DNA of 44,761 nucleotides from Xanthobacter autotrophicus (lineage in GTDB: Bacteria > Pseudomonadota > Alphaproteobacteria > Rhizobiales > Xanthobacteraceae), in NCBI GenBank assembly GCA_017849325.1, contig JAFIHR010000458.1, positions 1 to 44,761 on the forward strand. The letters run 5' to 3'. Below the pieces are notes generated by a model that saw only the letters and a program-made list of their open reading frames with translations, did not search any database and was not told the origin of the DNA. Positions 18,823-28,093 of this stretch are shown here, piece after piece (within the stretch, counting starts at the first letter, position 1; each line of letters begins with the position of its first letter). A program made the translations under genes and the position numbers.

Positions 18823-19860
18823 TTGCCAGTCTTTGCGCGCCTGCGACTGTTTCGACCGATCCTCGCCGGGGCGACGGCTCAGGACCGCGGGCTTGCCTGC
18901 CTCGGAGCCCTGCTGGGCATCGGCCTGTCTGCTCTGATCGGGGGGCTGGCCGCAGCCGATATGAGCCATCTGATGTGGATCGTGCCACCCATGGGCGCTT
19001 CCGCCGTGCTGCTTTTCGCGGTGCCCGCAAGCCCCATGGCGCAACCGTGGGCCACCATCGGTGGCAACGTGGTGTCGAGCTTGATCGGCGTGTTGGTCGC
19101 CCACAACATGCCCCTCTCAGCTTGGTCCGCGGGCATAGTCGTCGCATCCGCCATTGGCGCGATGTCGCTGCTGCGTTGCCTGCACCCACCGGGAGGCGCT
19201 GCGGCACTGGTCGGCTTGTTCGCGGGGCATTCGTCGAGCCTGCTCTTCCCAATCTTTCCGGTGGGCCTTAACGCCGTCGTGCTCGTCGCCAGTGCCTGGC
19301 TCTACCACCGGCTGTCAGGCCACACCTATCCGCACGTTGCCAATCCGGCGGCGGACAGGCGGGACACCCCCTGGACCTTCAACAGGACGGACATGGCTGT
19401 GGCATTGGAGGAGATCGGCGAGACGTTCGACATCGATGCAGGGGACCTAGAGAATTTGGTTCGGAAAATTGAGGAGCGCGCGCTCGCGCGGACCTATCAT
19501 GAGTTGAGCTGCACCGACCTGATGACAGTGGGGATCATCTCGGTCAAGGATACCTCCTTTCCCAACGAGGCAAGGGAATTGCTGGTGGCGCACGACGTCC
19601 GGCGCCTGGCGGTGGTCGATCGAAACGGGTGCATCGCGGGAGTGGTTGGCCTGCGCGAACTCGTGCGGCACGCCGCACATGTTGCGGAGATCATGTCGGA
19701 AGCCTCGACCGCGTCGCCCAACTTGCCGGCCATCGAGCTCTTGGAGAGGTTCGCACGGGATCGCGTTCACGCCGTTTTCGTGGTCGACGAGATGCAGCGA
19801 CCCGTCGGCGTGGTGACCGAAGCCGATTGGCTCGCCGTGCTCACCCGCGGCCTGAATTAG
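18823..19860 (+). CDS. HPP family membrane protein with C-terminal CBS domains
   Basis: PPMGASAVLLFAVPASPMAQPW..IGGN, CLHPPGGAAAL, then CBS pairs (LAVVDRNGCIAGVV; VFVVDEMQRPVGVVTEAD). TTG start at 18823 behind ggag. Confidence 0.85.
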   Translation: MPVFARLRLFRPILAGATAQDRGLACLGALLGIGLSALIGGLAAADMSHLMWIVPPMGASAVLLFAVPASPMAQPWATIGGNVVSSLIGVLVAHNMPLSAWSAGIVVASAIGAMSLLRCLHPPGGAAALVGLFAGHSSSLLFPIFPVGLNAVVLVASAWLYHRLSGHTYPHVANPAADRRDTPWTFNRTDMAVALEEIGETFDIDAGDLENLVRKIEERALARTYHELSCTDLMTVGIISVKDTSFPNEARELLVAHDVRRLAVVDRNGCIAGVVGLRELVRHAAHVAEIMSEASTASPNLPAIELLERFARDRVHAVFVVDEMQRPVGVVTEADWLAVLTRGLN

Positions 19861-19980
19861 TCCGTGTCGGGAACAACGAGAATCCAAACTGAGCCCCCTT
19901 TTAAAAGGCCCGCGCAAGATGCATCTGGAGGGTGGCGCCAAAAAGAGCGACCTTGGCGGATTGACTGACGGAAACCCCAC

Positions 19981-20400
19981 ATGCGCCTCACGCGCTACAC
20001 AGACTATGCAATGCGCGTACTGCTGTTCCTCGGCTCGCGCCCCGACCAATTGTGCTCCATCGCTGAGATCGCGCGGTCCTACGGCATCTCGCAAAACCAC
20101 CTGATGAAGGTCGTAAACGATCTCGTGAATGCCGGCTATCTTCATAGCGTACGTGGGCGTTCGGGGGGTATCCGGCTCTCGCGGCCACCGGGCGAGATTA
20201 ATATCGGCGCGCTCGTTCGCCATACCGAAGATGATTTCGATCTGGTGGGCTGCGGCTCCTGCATCATCGCCCCGGCGTGCGGGCTGACCTGCGTTTTCGA
20301 CGAGGCTCTTCACTCGTTCCTGTCCGTGCTTGATCGTTATTCGCTGGCGGACGTACTGAACAAGCGCGGAGATTTGAGGCCCCTGCTCAAGGCATCCTAG
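19981..20400 (+). CDS. nsrR: NsrR-like NO-sensing Rrf2 regulator
   Basis: MRLTRYTDYAMRVLLFL...SIAEIARSYGISQNHLMKVV..L...SVRGRSGGIRL...LVGCGSCIIAPACGL. An NsrR half-site AAGATGCATCT lies at 19916-19926. Confidence 0.82.
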   Translation: MRLTRYTDYAMRVLLFLGSRPDQLCSIAEIARSYGISQNHLMKVVNDLVNAGYLHSVRGRSGGIRLSRPPGEINIGALVRHTEDDFDLVGCGSCIIAPACGLTCVFDEALHSFLSVLDRYSLADVLNKRGDLRPLLKAS

Positions 20401-20913
20401 GTGTTTAGTCCCGCACCCTGACAGCGTAGGTCGATCGCCATCTGAAAGGGACGCGTTAGGGGCCCGCGGGAGGGCCGCGACCACGCATGTTCTGCAAGCA
20501 GGGCTATGGTGATCGAAGGCTCCGGCCGGGGAGTTCGTGCGGCTCTACGGGATCAACAATAGGGCCACAAAGGAAGCGGCGCTCTCGCCCTAGAATCATT
20601 GATGAGCCGATAGGCCCGAAGGGGAGGCGAAGGTACATGTTATCGGCCGTTGCAGGCTCTGTAGTTGTTTGCGCACCGGCTCTAAGTCCGCCGACCGCTC
20701 GATGATGTCTTCCTCTGCCTGAAGAACGTTACCACTCCCGACCCGGCAGGTGGGCAAGATTGGAGTGCCCGGAGACGCTCCTGCTCCGCCGAACATGCCG
20801 TCCAACATAGCTCAGTCCTATCCCTGCTCCCCTGACCGAAGCGATCTTCGCGACGGCGAATCGCCGTCGCCCCGTGCGCCGCCGGCTCTGCGCGAGCCCG
20901 TGCGACAAAGGAG

Positions 20914-22092
20914 CTAGAGGCGAGGTCTGATCAAGGCCGGACCATAGATAGCTGCGAAGCCGAGGAAAGCCACAAGCCAAGCGCTGGCGGCCACGAGCAG
21001 CAGGACGAGGCTCCACTGCGGCACGAGGGCTGCACCGATCCGCGTCATGACCGCGAGGAGCAGCGCCGCATAGAGGATCTGTGTCCCCCACCCGGCATAC
21101 AACGCCCGTCCGGTATGGCCGAGGCTAGCGCGGGTCATCACGGCCAAGGTCATTCCGCCGATGGCGCCTACGGCCCACGCATGTAGGCCCGCGCTGAGCG
21201 GAATCGTCGGAACGAATGCCGCAAGGCCGCTCAGCAAGAAACCGATGGGAACAAAGGCGTAGGCAACATGCAGGATTGCCACCAGCACTTCGCCCGACGC
21301 CCGATCGCCGGCCCAGCGGCTAAGCCGCGCAAAATTCATCCCGCTCGCCGCGATCAGGGCCAGCCCTACCATCTGGTCCTCCGGAGCGATGATCCAGCCC
21401 ACCATCGCGCCGCAGGACACGGCCATTGAGATCCCGTCGAAACGGTCAAAGGTCCGCGGCAACCGGACAGCGCCCTGCCGCAGCAGAAATGTGTGCGTGA
21501 AGCTCGGCACGATCCGCCCGCCGATCAGCATGACGAGCACGACGATGACCGCAAGGGCGAAGCGACGGGCATAGGCAGCATCGCCGGTCAGATGCGCCTC
21601 CAGGTGAAAAAGGACGTTCGCCGCGAGGAGCAGCACGACGGCGCCCCATATCCGCAGGTTGCGCCAGTTGCGGCCCGCCACGATCTCCCGTGCGATGGCT
21701 GCGCAGAGCAGCGCCAGGAAGGCGCAGTCGACGGCTGCTGCCGCCGCCCACCCGATGGTGCCGGAACAGGCGACCGCGACTCGGCCGGCGAGCCAGACCA
21801 GGACCAGGAGCAGCAGCGGGCGTCCCTGCAGGGGCAGGCGGCCGGTCCAGTTCGGCACGGCCGTCAGGAGAAAGCCCGCGATGACCGCGCCGCCATAGCC
21901 GAACAACGCCTCATGGGCGTGCCAGTCCATTGGCTGGAACGCGTCGGAAATAATGATCTCGCCAAAATAGACCGGTAGCCAAGCCATGACTGCCACGCCG
22001 GCCCACAGCGCGCCCGCCAGAAAGAACGGCCGGAACCCCCAGCTCAGCACCGCCGGGCCATTGTAAGAGCGGCGGCCTATTGGATCGGACAT
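20914..22092 (-). CDS. nnrS: NnrS family protein
   Basis: GFRPFFLAG, WHAHEALFGY..AVIAGFLLTAVPNWTG, IGGRIVPSFT, LHAWAVGAIGGMTLAVMTRASLGHTGR. Confidence 0.93.
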   Translation of the reverse strand: MSDPIGRRSYNGPAVLSWGFRPFFLAGALWAGVAVMAWLPVYFGEIIISDAFQPMDWHAHEALFGYGGAVIAGFLLTAVPNWTGRLPLQGRPLLLLVLVWLAGRVAVACSGTIGWAAAAAVDCAFLALLCAAIAREIVAGRNWRNLRIWGAVVLLLAANVLFHLEAHLTGDAAYARRFALAVIVVLVMLIGGRIVPSFTHTFLLRQGAVRLPRTFDRFDGISMAVSCGAMVGWIIAPEDQMVGLALIAASGMNFARLSRWAGDRASGEVLVAILHVAYAFVPIGFLLSGLAAFVPTIPLSAGLHAWAVGAIGGMTLAVMTRASLGHTGRALYAGWGTQILYAALLLAVMTRIGAALVPQWSLVLLLVAASAWLVAFLGFAAIYGPALIRPRL

Positions 22093-22148
22093 GACGGCTC
22101 CTTGGTCAGCGTGGCGTGCTCCAGTAGACTTTGGGCAATGTCCCGTCG

Positions 22149-22162
22149 TTGCGCGCGAGCAA
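22149..22162. promoter_or_regulatory. NnrR/Fnr-type box TTGCG-N4-AGCAA
   Basis: ttgcgcgcgagcaa lies in the divergent nnrS/nnrR intergenic region. Confidence 0.6.
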
Positions 22163-22190
22163 TCTCGCTCGCGAATAGAAAGACCATGCC

Positions 22191-22883
22191 GTGAGTCGCC
22201 TCCATCCTTCGCTGATCATCGGCGCGCCGGTCTTCGCCGGCCTCGACGCAGGGGCCCTGGACGATATTCTCTCCCGCGCGCAGACTGTGCGGCTGTCCAA
22301 AGGTGACTTGGCCTTCCGTCAGGATCAACGGGCCGATCGCTTCTTTCTGCTGCTCCACGGCCGCTTGCGGGTCACCCGGCTCAACGCGGAGGGAGGGCAG
22401 GTGGTCGTCCGCTTCATAGCGCCCAACGACTTGTTCGGCGTCGGCATGGCGATCGGCGCTGCGACCTATCCCGGCACCGCGACGGCGGTCGTGGACTCTT
22501 TGGCCTTGGTCTGGCCGAACTCAGCCTGGACCGATCTCGTCGCGGCCTATCCGAGCGTCGCGGTCGAAGCCCTGCAGTCGCTCGGCGCCCGCCTTCAGGA
22601 TACCCAGGAGCGCGTGCTCGACCTCTCGACGCTGAACGTGGAACAACGCATCGCCGGCGCCGTCCTGAGCCTCGCAGCCCAGGCGGGACGGGCGACCGAA
22701 GACGGAACTCTGATCGATTTTCCGCTCTCCCGCCAGGATCTGGCAGAGCTGACCGGGACGACCTTGCACACCGTGAGCCGCACGCTCAGCGCATGGGAAG
22801 CCAAAGGGCTGGTCGTCAGCGGCCGCCGTCGCATCACCGTGCGCGACGGCCCCGGCCTGGAGGTGATCGCGGGGAAGAATTAG
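22191..22883 (+). CDS. nnrR: Crp/Fnr family regulator, NnrR-like
   Basis: FFLLLHGRLRV...YPGTATAVVDS..LVWP...VEQRIA...IDFPLSRQDLAELTGTTLHTVSRTLSAWE. Divergent from nnrS. Confidence 0.85.
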   Translation: MSRLHPSLIIGAPVFAGLDAGALDDILSRAQTVRLSKGDLAFRQDQRADRFFLLLHGRLRVTRLNAEGGQVVVRFIAPNDLFGVGMAIGAATYPGTATAVVDSLALVWPNSAWTDLVAAYPSVAVEALQSLGARLQDTQERVLDLSTLNVEQRIAGAVLSLAAQAGRATEDGTLIDFPLSRQDLAELTGTTLHTVSRTLSAWEAKGLVVSGRRRITVRDGPGLEVIAGKN

Positions 22884-23041
22884 GGCGCGGTCGATCTTGA
22901 GGCCTTTGTTGATCGCCTGCTGGACTGGATTTGCGGCGCAGCGGCGCTGAGCCGGCAACGCGCGCCCCGAAGCTGGCCACGTGCGGAGCCCGAGGTGGAG
23001 CGCATGCCGGATCGCGTCGCCTGTCGCCTCGCCTGCGCGCT

Positions 23042-23509
23042 TCAAAGCAGGAAATACCCGTGAGCCCCGGCCGTGCCCCCCAGCACTGTGAGGGCGGAGA
23101 CAAGAAGCAGCACGAGATGGAGGCGCAGCGCCCGAGACAGCACCGCTTCAGGTGCCCATCGGGCGGCTCGGGCAATCCTGTGGCCGAGGAGCGGCTCCAC
23201 CACGAACACCACGGTCATGAAGAGCACCCAGAGCGCCACCATGGCCGTCATCCACCAGAAGGCAGGGTCCGCGAAACGATCCCACAGATCAAGGCGCCAT
23301 GTTATCCAGAAGCCGGTGAGGCCGGCCAACGGGATGGACAAGCGCACCTGCGTCGCGAAGCGGTGCTCGATGCGCTCGAACAGCGCGACGCCCTCGGGGC
23401 CTACGGCCCGAGCCAGGGGCAAGATCACCAAGGTCACCAAGGAGACGCCGCCGATCCAGTGCACGATCGCGAGTACGTGAAGCGCACGGGCCAGCGTCAC
23501 GTCATCCAT
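23042..23509 (-). CDS. Hypothetical 4-TM membrane protein with His residues (possible haem b or metal ligands)
   Basis: MDDVTLARALHVLAIVHWIGGV...LH..LL...GTAGAHG. RBS aggaaaagga. Last gene of the nar operon. Confidence 0.7.
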   Translation of the reverse strand: MDDVTLARALHVLAIVHWIGGVSLVTLVILPLARAVGPEGVALFERIEHRFATQVRLSIPLAGLTGFWITWRLDLWDRFADPAFWWMTAMVALWVLFMTVVFVVEPLLGHRIARAARWAPEAVLSRALRLHLVLLLVSALTVLGGTAGAHGYFLL

Positions 23510-23520
23510 ATTCCTTTTCC

Positions 23521-24546
23521 TCAACCGCCCAGGGCGGACATATGTCGCGCGAGGGCGGGGGTGCCATTGCGGGCGATGACGAAATCATGGCCGCGCGGCT
23601 TGGCACGAACGGCCTCAGCGATGGCCGCGCGCAGCGCCTCCTCGCCGCCTTCGGCGCGCAGCGGTGCGCGTAGGTCCGCCGCATCTTCCTGGCCGAGGCA
23701 GGTGTGGAGCACTCCGGTGGCGCTCACCCGCACGCGATTGCAACTCTCGCAGAAGGAATGGCTCATGGGCGTGATAAAGCCGATGCGCCGGCCGGTCTCG
23801 ACGACGCGCGCATAGCGGGCGGGTCCGCCGGTGCGTTCGCCCGTTTCGATGAGGGTGAGGCGCGTCCCGATCAGCTGGCGCAACTCGTCGAGGGGCAGAT
23901 ACTGGTCGATGCGGTCCACCCCCACGTCGCCCAGGGGCATGGTCTCGATGAAGGTGATGTCCATGCCACGGGTGTGGGCGAAATGGATGAGGTCGAATAC
24001 CTCGCGCTCCGTGGTGCCGGCCAGGGCGACTGCATTGAGCTTCACCTTCAGCCCCGCCTCCGAGGCGGCGCGGATGCCGTCCATCACCGCACCCAGGACA
24101 CCGCGTCGCGTGAGCATCCGGAAGCGCGCGGCATCAAGCGTGTCGAGGGAAACGTTCACGCGCCGCACGCCAAGGCGGGCGAGCGCGTCCGCATGCCGGG
24201 CAAGCTGGGTGCCGTTGGTGGTCAGCGTCAGCTCCCTCAGGCCGCCGCCGAGATGGCGCGACAAGGACGCGAAGAGATCCATCACGCCCTTGCGCACCAG
24301 GGGCTCGCCGCCCGTGAGGCGCAGCTTGGTGACGCCCAAGGCGATGAAGGCAGAGGCGAGCCGGTCCAGTTCTTCGATGGAGAGAATCTCATTGCGCGGC
24401 AGGAAGGTCATGTCCTCCGCCATACAATAGACGCAGCGCAGGTCGCATCGGTCGGTCACCGACAGGCGCAGATAGGAGATGCGTCGGCCGAACAGGTCCA
24501 CCATGACGCAAGGTCTGGCGGCATCGACCACCCCGGTTGATGTCAT
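23521..24546 (-). CDS. moaA: GTP 3',8-cyclase MoaA
   Basis: [18 protein letters not shown] (CxxxCxxC), [16 protein letters not shown]...LHTCL, C-terminal MSALGG. Confidence 0.95.
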   Translation of the reverse strand: MTSTGVVDAARPCVMVDLFGRRISYLRLSVTDRCDLRCVYCMAEDMTFLPRNEILSIEELDRLASAFIALGVTKLRLTGGEPLVRKGVMDLFASLSRHLGGGLRELTLTTNGTQLARHADALARLGVRRVNVSLDTLDAARFRMLTRRGVLGAVMDGIRAASEAGLKVKLNAVALAGTTEREVFDLIHFAHTRGMDITFIETMPLGDVGVDRIDQYLPLDELRQLIGTRLTLIETGERTGGPARYARVVETGRRIGFITPMSHSFCESCNRVRVSATGVLHTCLGQEDAADLRAPLRAEGGEEALRAAIAEAVRAKPRGHDFVIARNGTPALARHMSALGG

Positions 24547-25373
24547 TCCATTTCCTCCCGCTCGGCTCCGAACGGGCCGTTGTCCCAGGCGCCGCACGTG
24601 CAGGCGCTGCCGAAGGGGGCGATCGCTCCCATGTCTGCCAGCTCCATCTCGAGGAATGCGGCGACGGCGTGAAGGCGCGCGGCGCTCATGGGCTCGTGCG
24701 GCGTGGCGAGCAGATCGTCGAGGGGCGGAAGAGCCGCGAGCTCTTCCGACGAGGAAAGCGTCGTTCCAAGGTCGCGCAACAGGCCGTCGCCGATGCCGTA
24801 GATCCAGCCATGAACCGTGACATCCAGCCCGCGAGCCCAGGCCGTCTTCAGCACCGGCGTGGCGGCAAGGCGGCGCATCTGGAGGCTTACATTCAGCTCG
24901 CACAGCTTGTCGAGAGGCGTGGCAGGCGCTGCCGTCCGATCGATGGCGGCGCGGTGGCGGATGCAGAGATCGACAACGGGGGCGAGCCAGTGGTCGACCA
25001 GCGTGTGGCCCTCGCCAAGGCGGCCTTCCGCATTCTCGACGGCGCGCTTCACCCCGCCGCAGCCATAGTGTCCGCACACGATGACGTGGCGCACGCGGAG
25101 CACCTCGACTGCGAATTCCAGGACCGCCAGGAGATTCATGTCGCTGGAATGGACCACGTTGGCGATGTTGCGGTGGACGAAGAGCTCGCCCGGATCCAGA
25201 CCCACCACGTCGTTGGCCGGCACGCGGCTGTCGGAGCAGCCCACCCACAGGAAGCGGGGCGCTTGCTGCTCCGCGAGGCGACGGAAGAAAGTGGGGTCCT
25301 TCTCGTTCTTGGCGTTGGCCCAGGCGAGGTTCTTGTCAAACAATTCGTCGAGGACGGTGTCAGGCGGGGCCAC
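24543..25373 (-). CDS. Beta-class carbonic anhydrase with C-terminal extension
   Basis: [44 protein letters not shown] start at 25373; ATGA overlap with moaA. Confidence 0.9.
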   Translation of the reverse strand: MAPPDTVLDELFDKNLAWANAKNEKDPTFFRRLAEQQAPRFLWVGCSDSRVPANDVVGLDPGELFVHRNIANVVHSSDMNLLAVLEFAVEVLRVRHVIVCGHYGCGGVKRAVENAEGRLGEGHTLVDHWLAPVVDLCIRHRAAIDRTAAPATPLDKLCELNVSLQMRRLAATPVLKTAWARGLDVTVHGWIYGIGDGLLRDLGTTLSSSEELAALPPLDDLLATPHEPMSAARLHAVAAFLEMELADMGAIAPFGSACTCGAWDNGPFGAEREEME

Positions 25374-25719
25374 GGTCCGATCCTTCGCAGGCGTTCCCCT
25401 GTCCGCCGCAGCTGCACCCCGCGGCGTTCGCCGCGGACGCGGCATCGTGCTTCAGAGACCATTCGATCATGGCGCGCAGGCAGGTCAGGGCCGGGTCCGC
25501 GCCGCGCTCCAACGCCGACGTCAGGGCAAGCCAGTCCTCGTCGCCGGCGCCCTCCCCGAAGCGCGCGCAGGCGCCGGCGGCGTACTCCGCCGCCGTCTCG
25601 CCGAAGCGGGCGGCGGCTTTTTCCACGCGCATGGCGAGGGTCACGTCACCCAAGGCCATGAGCATCTGCGAGGCGAGGCGCTCATCCTCCAATTGACGCA
25701 AGAGCGCTCCCAGCAGCAT
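25360..25719 (-). CDS. Hypothetical protein in the nar operon
   Basis: RBS aggagg; MLLGALLRQLEDE...AGDEDWLAL...DP...CLRAM...GCSCGG. Sits between the PpiC and carbonic anhydrase genes. Confidence 0.72.
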   Translation of the reverse strand: MLLGALLRQLEDERLASQMLMALGDVTLAMRVEKAAARFGETAAEYAAGACARFGEGAGDEDWLALTSALERGADPALTCLRAMIEWSLKHDAASAANAAGCSCGGQGNACEGSDRGPA

Positions 25720-25728
25720 GGCCACCTC

Positions 25729-26571
25729 CTATTGCACCAGGGGGGAGGCCGCCGCATCCAAGGCGATGCCGTGGATTTCCGCACGGCCGGCGAGCAGGCT
25801 GAGATACTGGCGCACGGCGATGTGCCAAGCCGTCACCTCCAGATGGGCGGCGATGGTGGCCTCAACCGCGTCGAGCGGCAGATCGCGGCCTTCGATGCAG
25901 CGGGCGAGGCGGACGATGTGGAAGCCATAGCGGGTCTCCACCAGTTCGGGATGAGGCGCGCCCGGGCTGATCGACGCCAGCGCGGCCTCGAACTCGGGCA
26001 CCGTGTCGCCCGGCCCGATCTGGCCGAGATTGCCGCCGCTCTCCCGGGAGGGGCAGGCCGAATGCGCCCGCGCCATTTCTTCCCAAGAGGCGTCGCCCGA
26101 GAGAATGCGGTGGAGCACCGTCGCGGCCAGTTCGCGCGCCGCCGACCGCCGCACCGCATCGTCAAGCGCGGCGGGGACGAGGATGTGGGACGCCTCGAAC
26201 AGGTCCGGCGTACGGAACCGGGCGCGGTTCTGCGCGTAATAGCGCCGGCAGGCGTCCGCATCTGCGTGCGGTACCTTCACCTCCTGCTCCAGCAAAGTGC
26301 GGATGAGGGCTTCATCCTCCGTCTCCAGCCGTCCGTCCGCATCTTCCTGGGCGGCGGCGGAAAGGCCGAGGGCGGACGCCTCGGCCAGCAGCAGCTCCCG
26401 CACCACGAGGGCGCGAACGGCGGCCTCCCGCGCCGCGGCGGGTGTCTTCGCGGTGTGGTGCTGCATCTCGCGGGCGATGGCCGCGCGCGAGATCTTCACG
26501 CCGTTCACCGAGACCTCCTGCTGCGAGACGACCGCAGGGGTTACGGGGGCGTGGGCGACGGTCTCTACCAT
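25729..26571 (-). CDS. PpiC/parvulin-type peptidyl-prolyl isomerase (NifM-like), nar-associated
   Basis: ASHILV, HSACPSRESGGNLGQI, VPEFE, VETRYGFHIV. Confidence 0.9.
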   Translation of the reverse strand: MVETVAHAPVTPAVVSQQEVSVNGVKISRAAIAREMQHHTAKTPAAAREAAVRALVVRELLLAEASALGLSAAAQEDADGRLETEDEALIRTLLEQEVKVPHADADACRRYYAQNRARFRTPDLFEASHILVPAALDDAVRRSAARELAATVLHRILSGDASWEEMARAHSACPSRESGGNLGQIGPGDTVPEFEAALASISPGAPHPELVETRYGFHIVRLARCIEGRDLPLDAVEATIAAHLEVTAWHIAVRQYLSLLAGRAEIHGIALDAAASPLVQ

Positions 26572-26575
26572 GGCG

Positions 26576-27364
26576 CTACTCCGCAGGATGGCTGAAGGAG
26601 CCGGAGGAGGCAGGGCGCACCGCCACCACGGGTGCGCGCGCCGTCAGGCGCCCGGCAGACTGGCGCGGTTGCCGGCTGCGCACCACCTGGTAGCCGGTGC
26701 GGCCGAGGTACCAGACCGGCGCGCTCCAAACGTGCACCAGGCGGGTGAAGGGAAAGACGAGAAAGATCGTCATGCCTAGGAGCAGGTGCGCCTTGAAGAG
26801 GGGGCTCACGTCCGCGACATAGGCGGCCGCGGCGGGCTGGAGGGTGAGGATTCCCTGGGCCCAGTTCATGAACTTCACCATTTCGTGCCCGTCCATGTGC
26901 TGGAGCGAGATGAAGATGGTGGAGAGACCCAGGGTGAGCTGTACCCACAAGAGCAGCAGGATCGCTGTGTCCCCGAAGCTCGAATTGGCGCGGATGCGCG
27001 GATCGAACAGCCGGCGATGGGCGAGGAGCGCGATGCCGACGAAGCACATCACCCCCGCGATGCCGCCCACTGTGATGGCGAGCCCCTGCTTGAAGGAATG
27101 GGAGATGCCGAGCGCGTCGAACACCCAGATGGGGGTGAGGAGCCCGCCAGCATGGCCGATGAAGATGATGAGGATGCCCACGTGGAAGAGGTTGGAGCCC
27201 CACCTGAGCTGCCGTCGCCGCAACAACTGGGACGAGCCTGTCTTCCAAGTATACTGCTCGCGGTCGAACCGGACGATGCTGCCAACCAGGAAGACCGTGA
27301 GGCAGAGATAGGGATACCAGCCGAACAGCGCGGAATTGATGGCGTTGGACAAGGTTTCGGGCAT
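26576..27364 (-). CDS. narI: Respiratory nitrate reductase gamma subunit
   Basis: YPYLCL...RFDREQYTWKTGSSQLL...SNLFHVGIL...GH...KAH...FPFTRLVHVWSAP. Confidence 0.96.
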   Translation of the reverse strand: MPETLSNAINSALFGWYPYLCLTVFLVGSIVRFDREQYTWKTGSSQLLRRRQLRWGSNLFHVGILIIFIGHAGGLLTPIWVFDALGISHSFKQGLAITVGGIAGVMCFVGIALLAHRRLFDPRIRANSSFGDTAILLLLWVQLTLGLSTIFISLQHMDGHEMVKFMNWAQGILTLQPAAAAYVADVSPLFKAHLLLGMTIFLVFPFTRLVHVWSAPVWYLGRTGYQVVRSRQPRQSAGRLTARAPVVAVRPASSGSFSHPAE

Positions 27365-27376
27365 GGCCGTCCTCCC

Positions 27377-28093
27377 TCAGGGGTCGTGGCGCGCGTCACG
27401 CTGAGCGGCGCGCAATTGCGTGCGAAAGCGGTCCACGGAGCAGCCACCCATGGCGTCGCCGGGGCCGAACGTAACGAGGGTCTCCTCCCACTCCTTGTCG
27501 AGGGCAGCGAGGTCGTCAGCGGACCCGTTGGCAGGATCGGGCCAGGCGGGCGCGGCTGGCGAGGACGTCGCTACCGCCCCCGAAAAGTTGCGCAGTGCAC
27601 AGAACACCGCGGCATAGGTCGAGCCGCGCTCGACGAGGCGCTCCTCAAGGGCGGCGAGAATGTGGTCCACGTCCGCCAACAGGGCCTTCGCCTCCGCCAA
27701 CGGGCGCGTCGCCGCGTATTCGACGAAGAGCGGAAGGAAGTCCGGCAGTTCGCTGGTCATAAGATGCAGACCGCCAGCCTCGTAGAGCGCCGAAAGGTCG
27801 ACCATCGCCTGTCCGCGGTCGCGGCTCTCGCCGTGAACGTGCTCGAACAGATGGAGCGAGAGCCGGCGCGTGCGGTCGAACAGGCTCACATAGGTCTCTT
27901 GAAGGACATAGAGATCGTCCTGGGCGAGCGCCTCCAACAGCGGGGCAAGCGCGTCGCGCGCCGCGACACCGACGAGGTCCTCCAAGGCCAACACATCCGG
28001 GATGGCGGGGGCGGTGGCCACAAGGTCCTCCTCAGGATAGGTCAGAAGGAAGGACAGGGACTTCAGGGTGAGGAACTGGTCATGCATGGCCAT
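27377..28093 (-). CDS. narJ: Nitrate reductase molybdenum cofactor assembly chaperone
   Basis: LLTYP...YVSLFDRTRRLSLHLFEHVHGESRDRGQAMVDL...ELPDFLPLFVE. TGATG coupling with narH. Confidence 0.95.
   Translation of the reverse strand: MAMHDQFLTLKSLSFLLTYPEEDLVATAPAIPDVLALEDLVGVAARDALAPLLEALAQDDLYVLQETYVSLFDRTRRLSLHLFEHVHGESRDRGQAMVDLSALYEAGGLHLMTSELPDFLPLFVEYAATRPLAEAKALLADVDHILAALEERLVERGSTYAAVFCALRNFSGAVATSSPAAPAWPDPANGSADDLAALDKEWEETLVTFGPGDAMGGCSVDRFRTQLRAAQRDARHDP

Noticed and set aside
20400-20913. Small ORFs or an sRNA between nsrR and nnrS
   Set aside because: No recognisable protein motif, RBS-supported ORF or RNA family could be supported by eye.
23521-25248. 575-aa N-terminally extended MoaA
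   Set aside because: The extension overlaps the carbonic anhydrase gene in another frame. The real start is the ATG at 24546.
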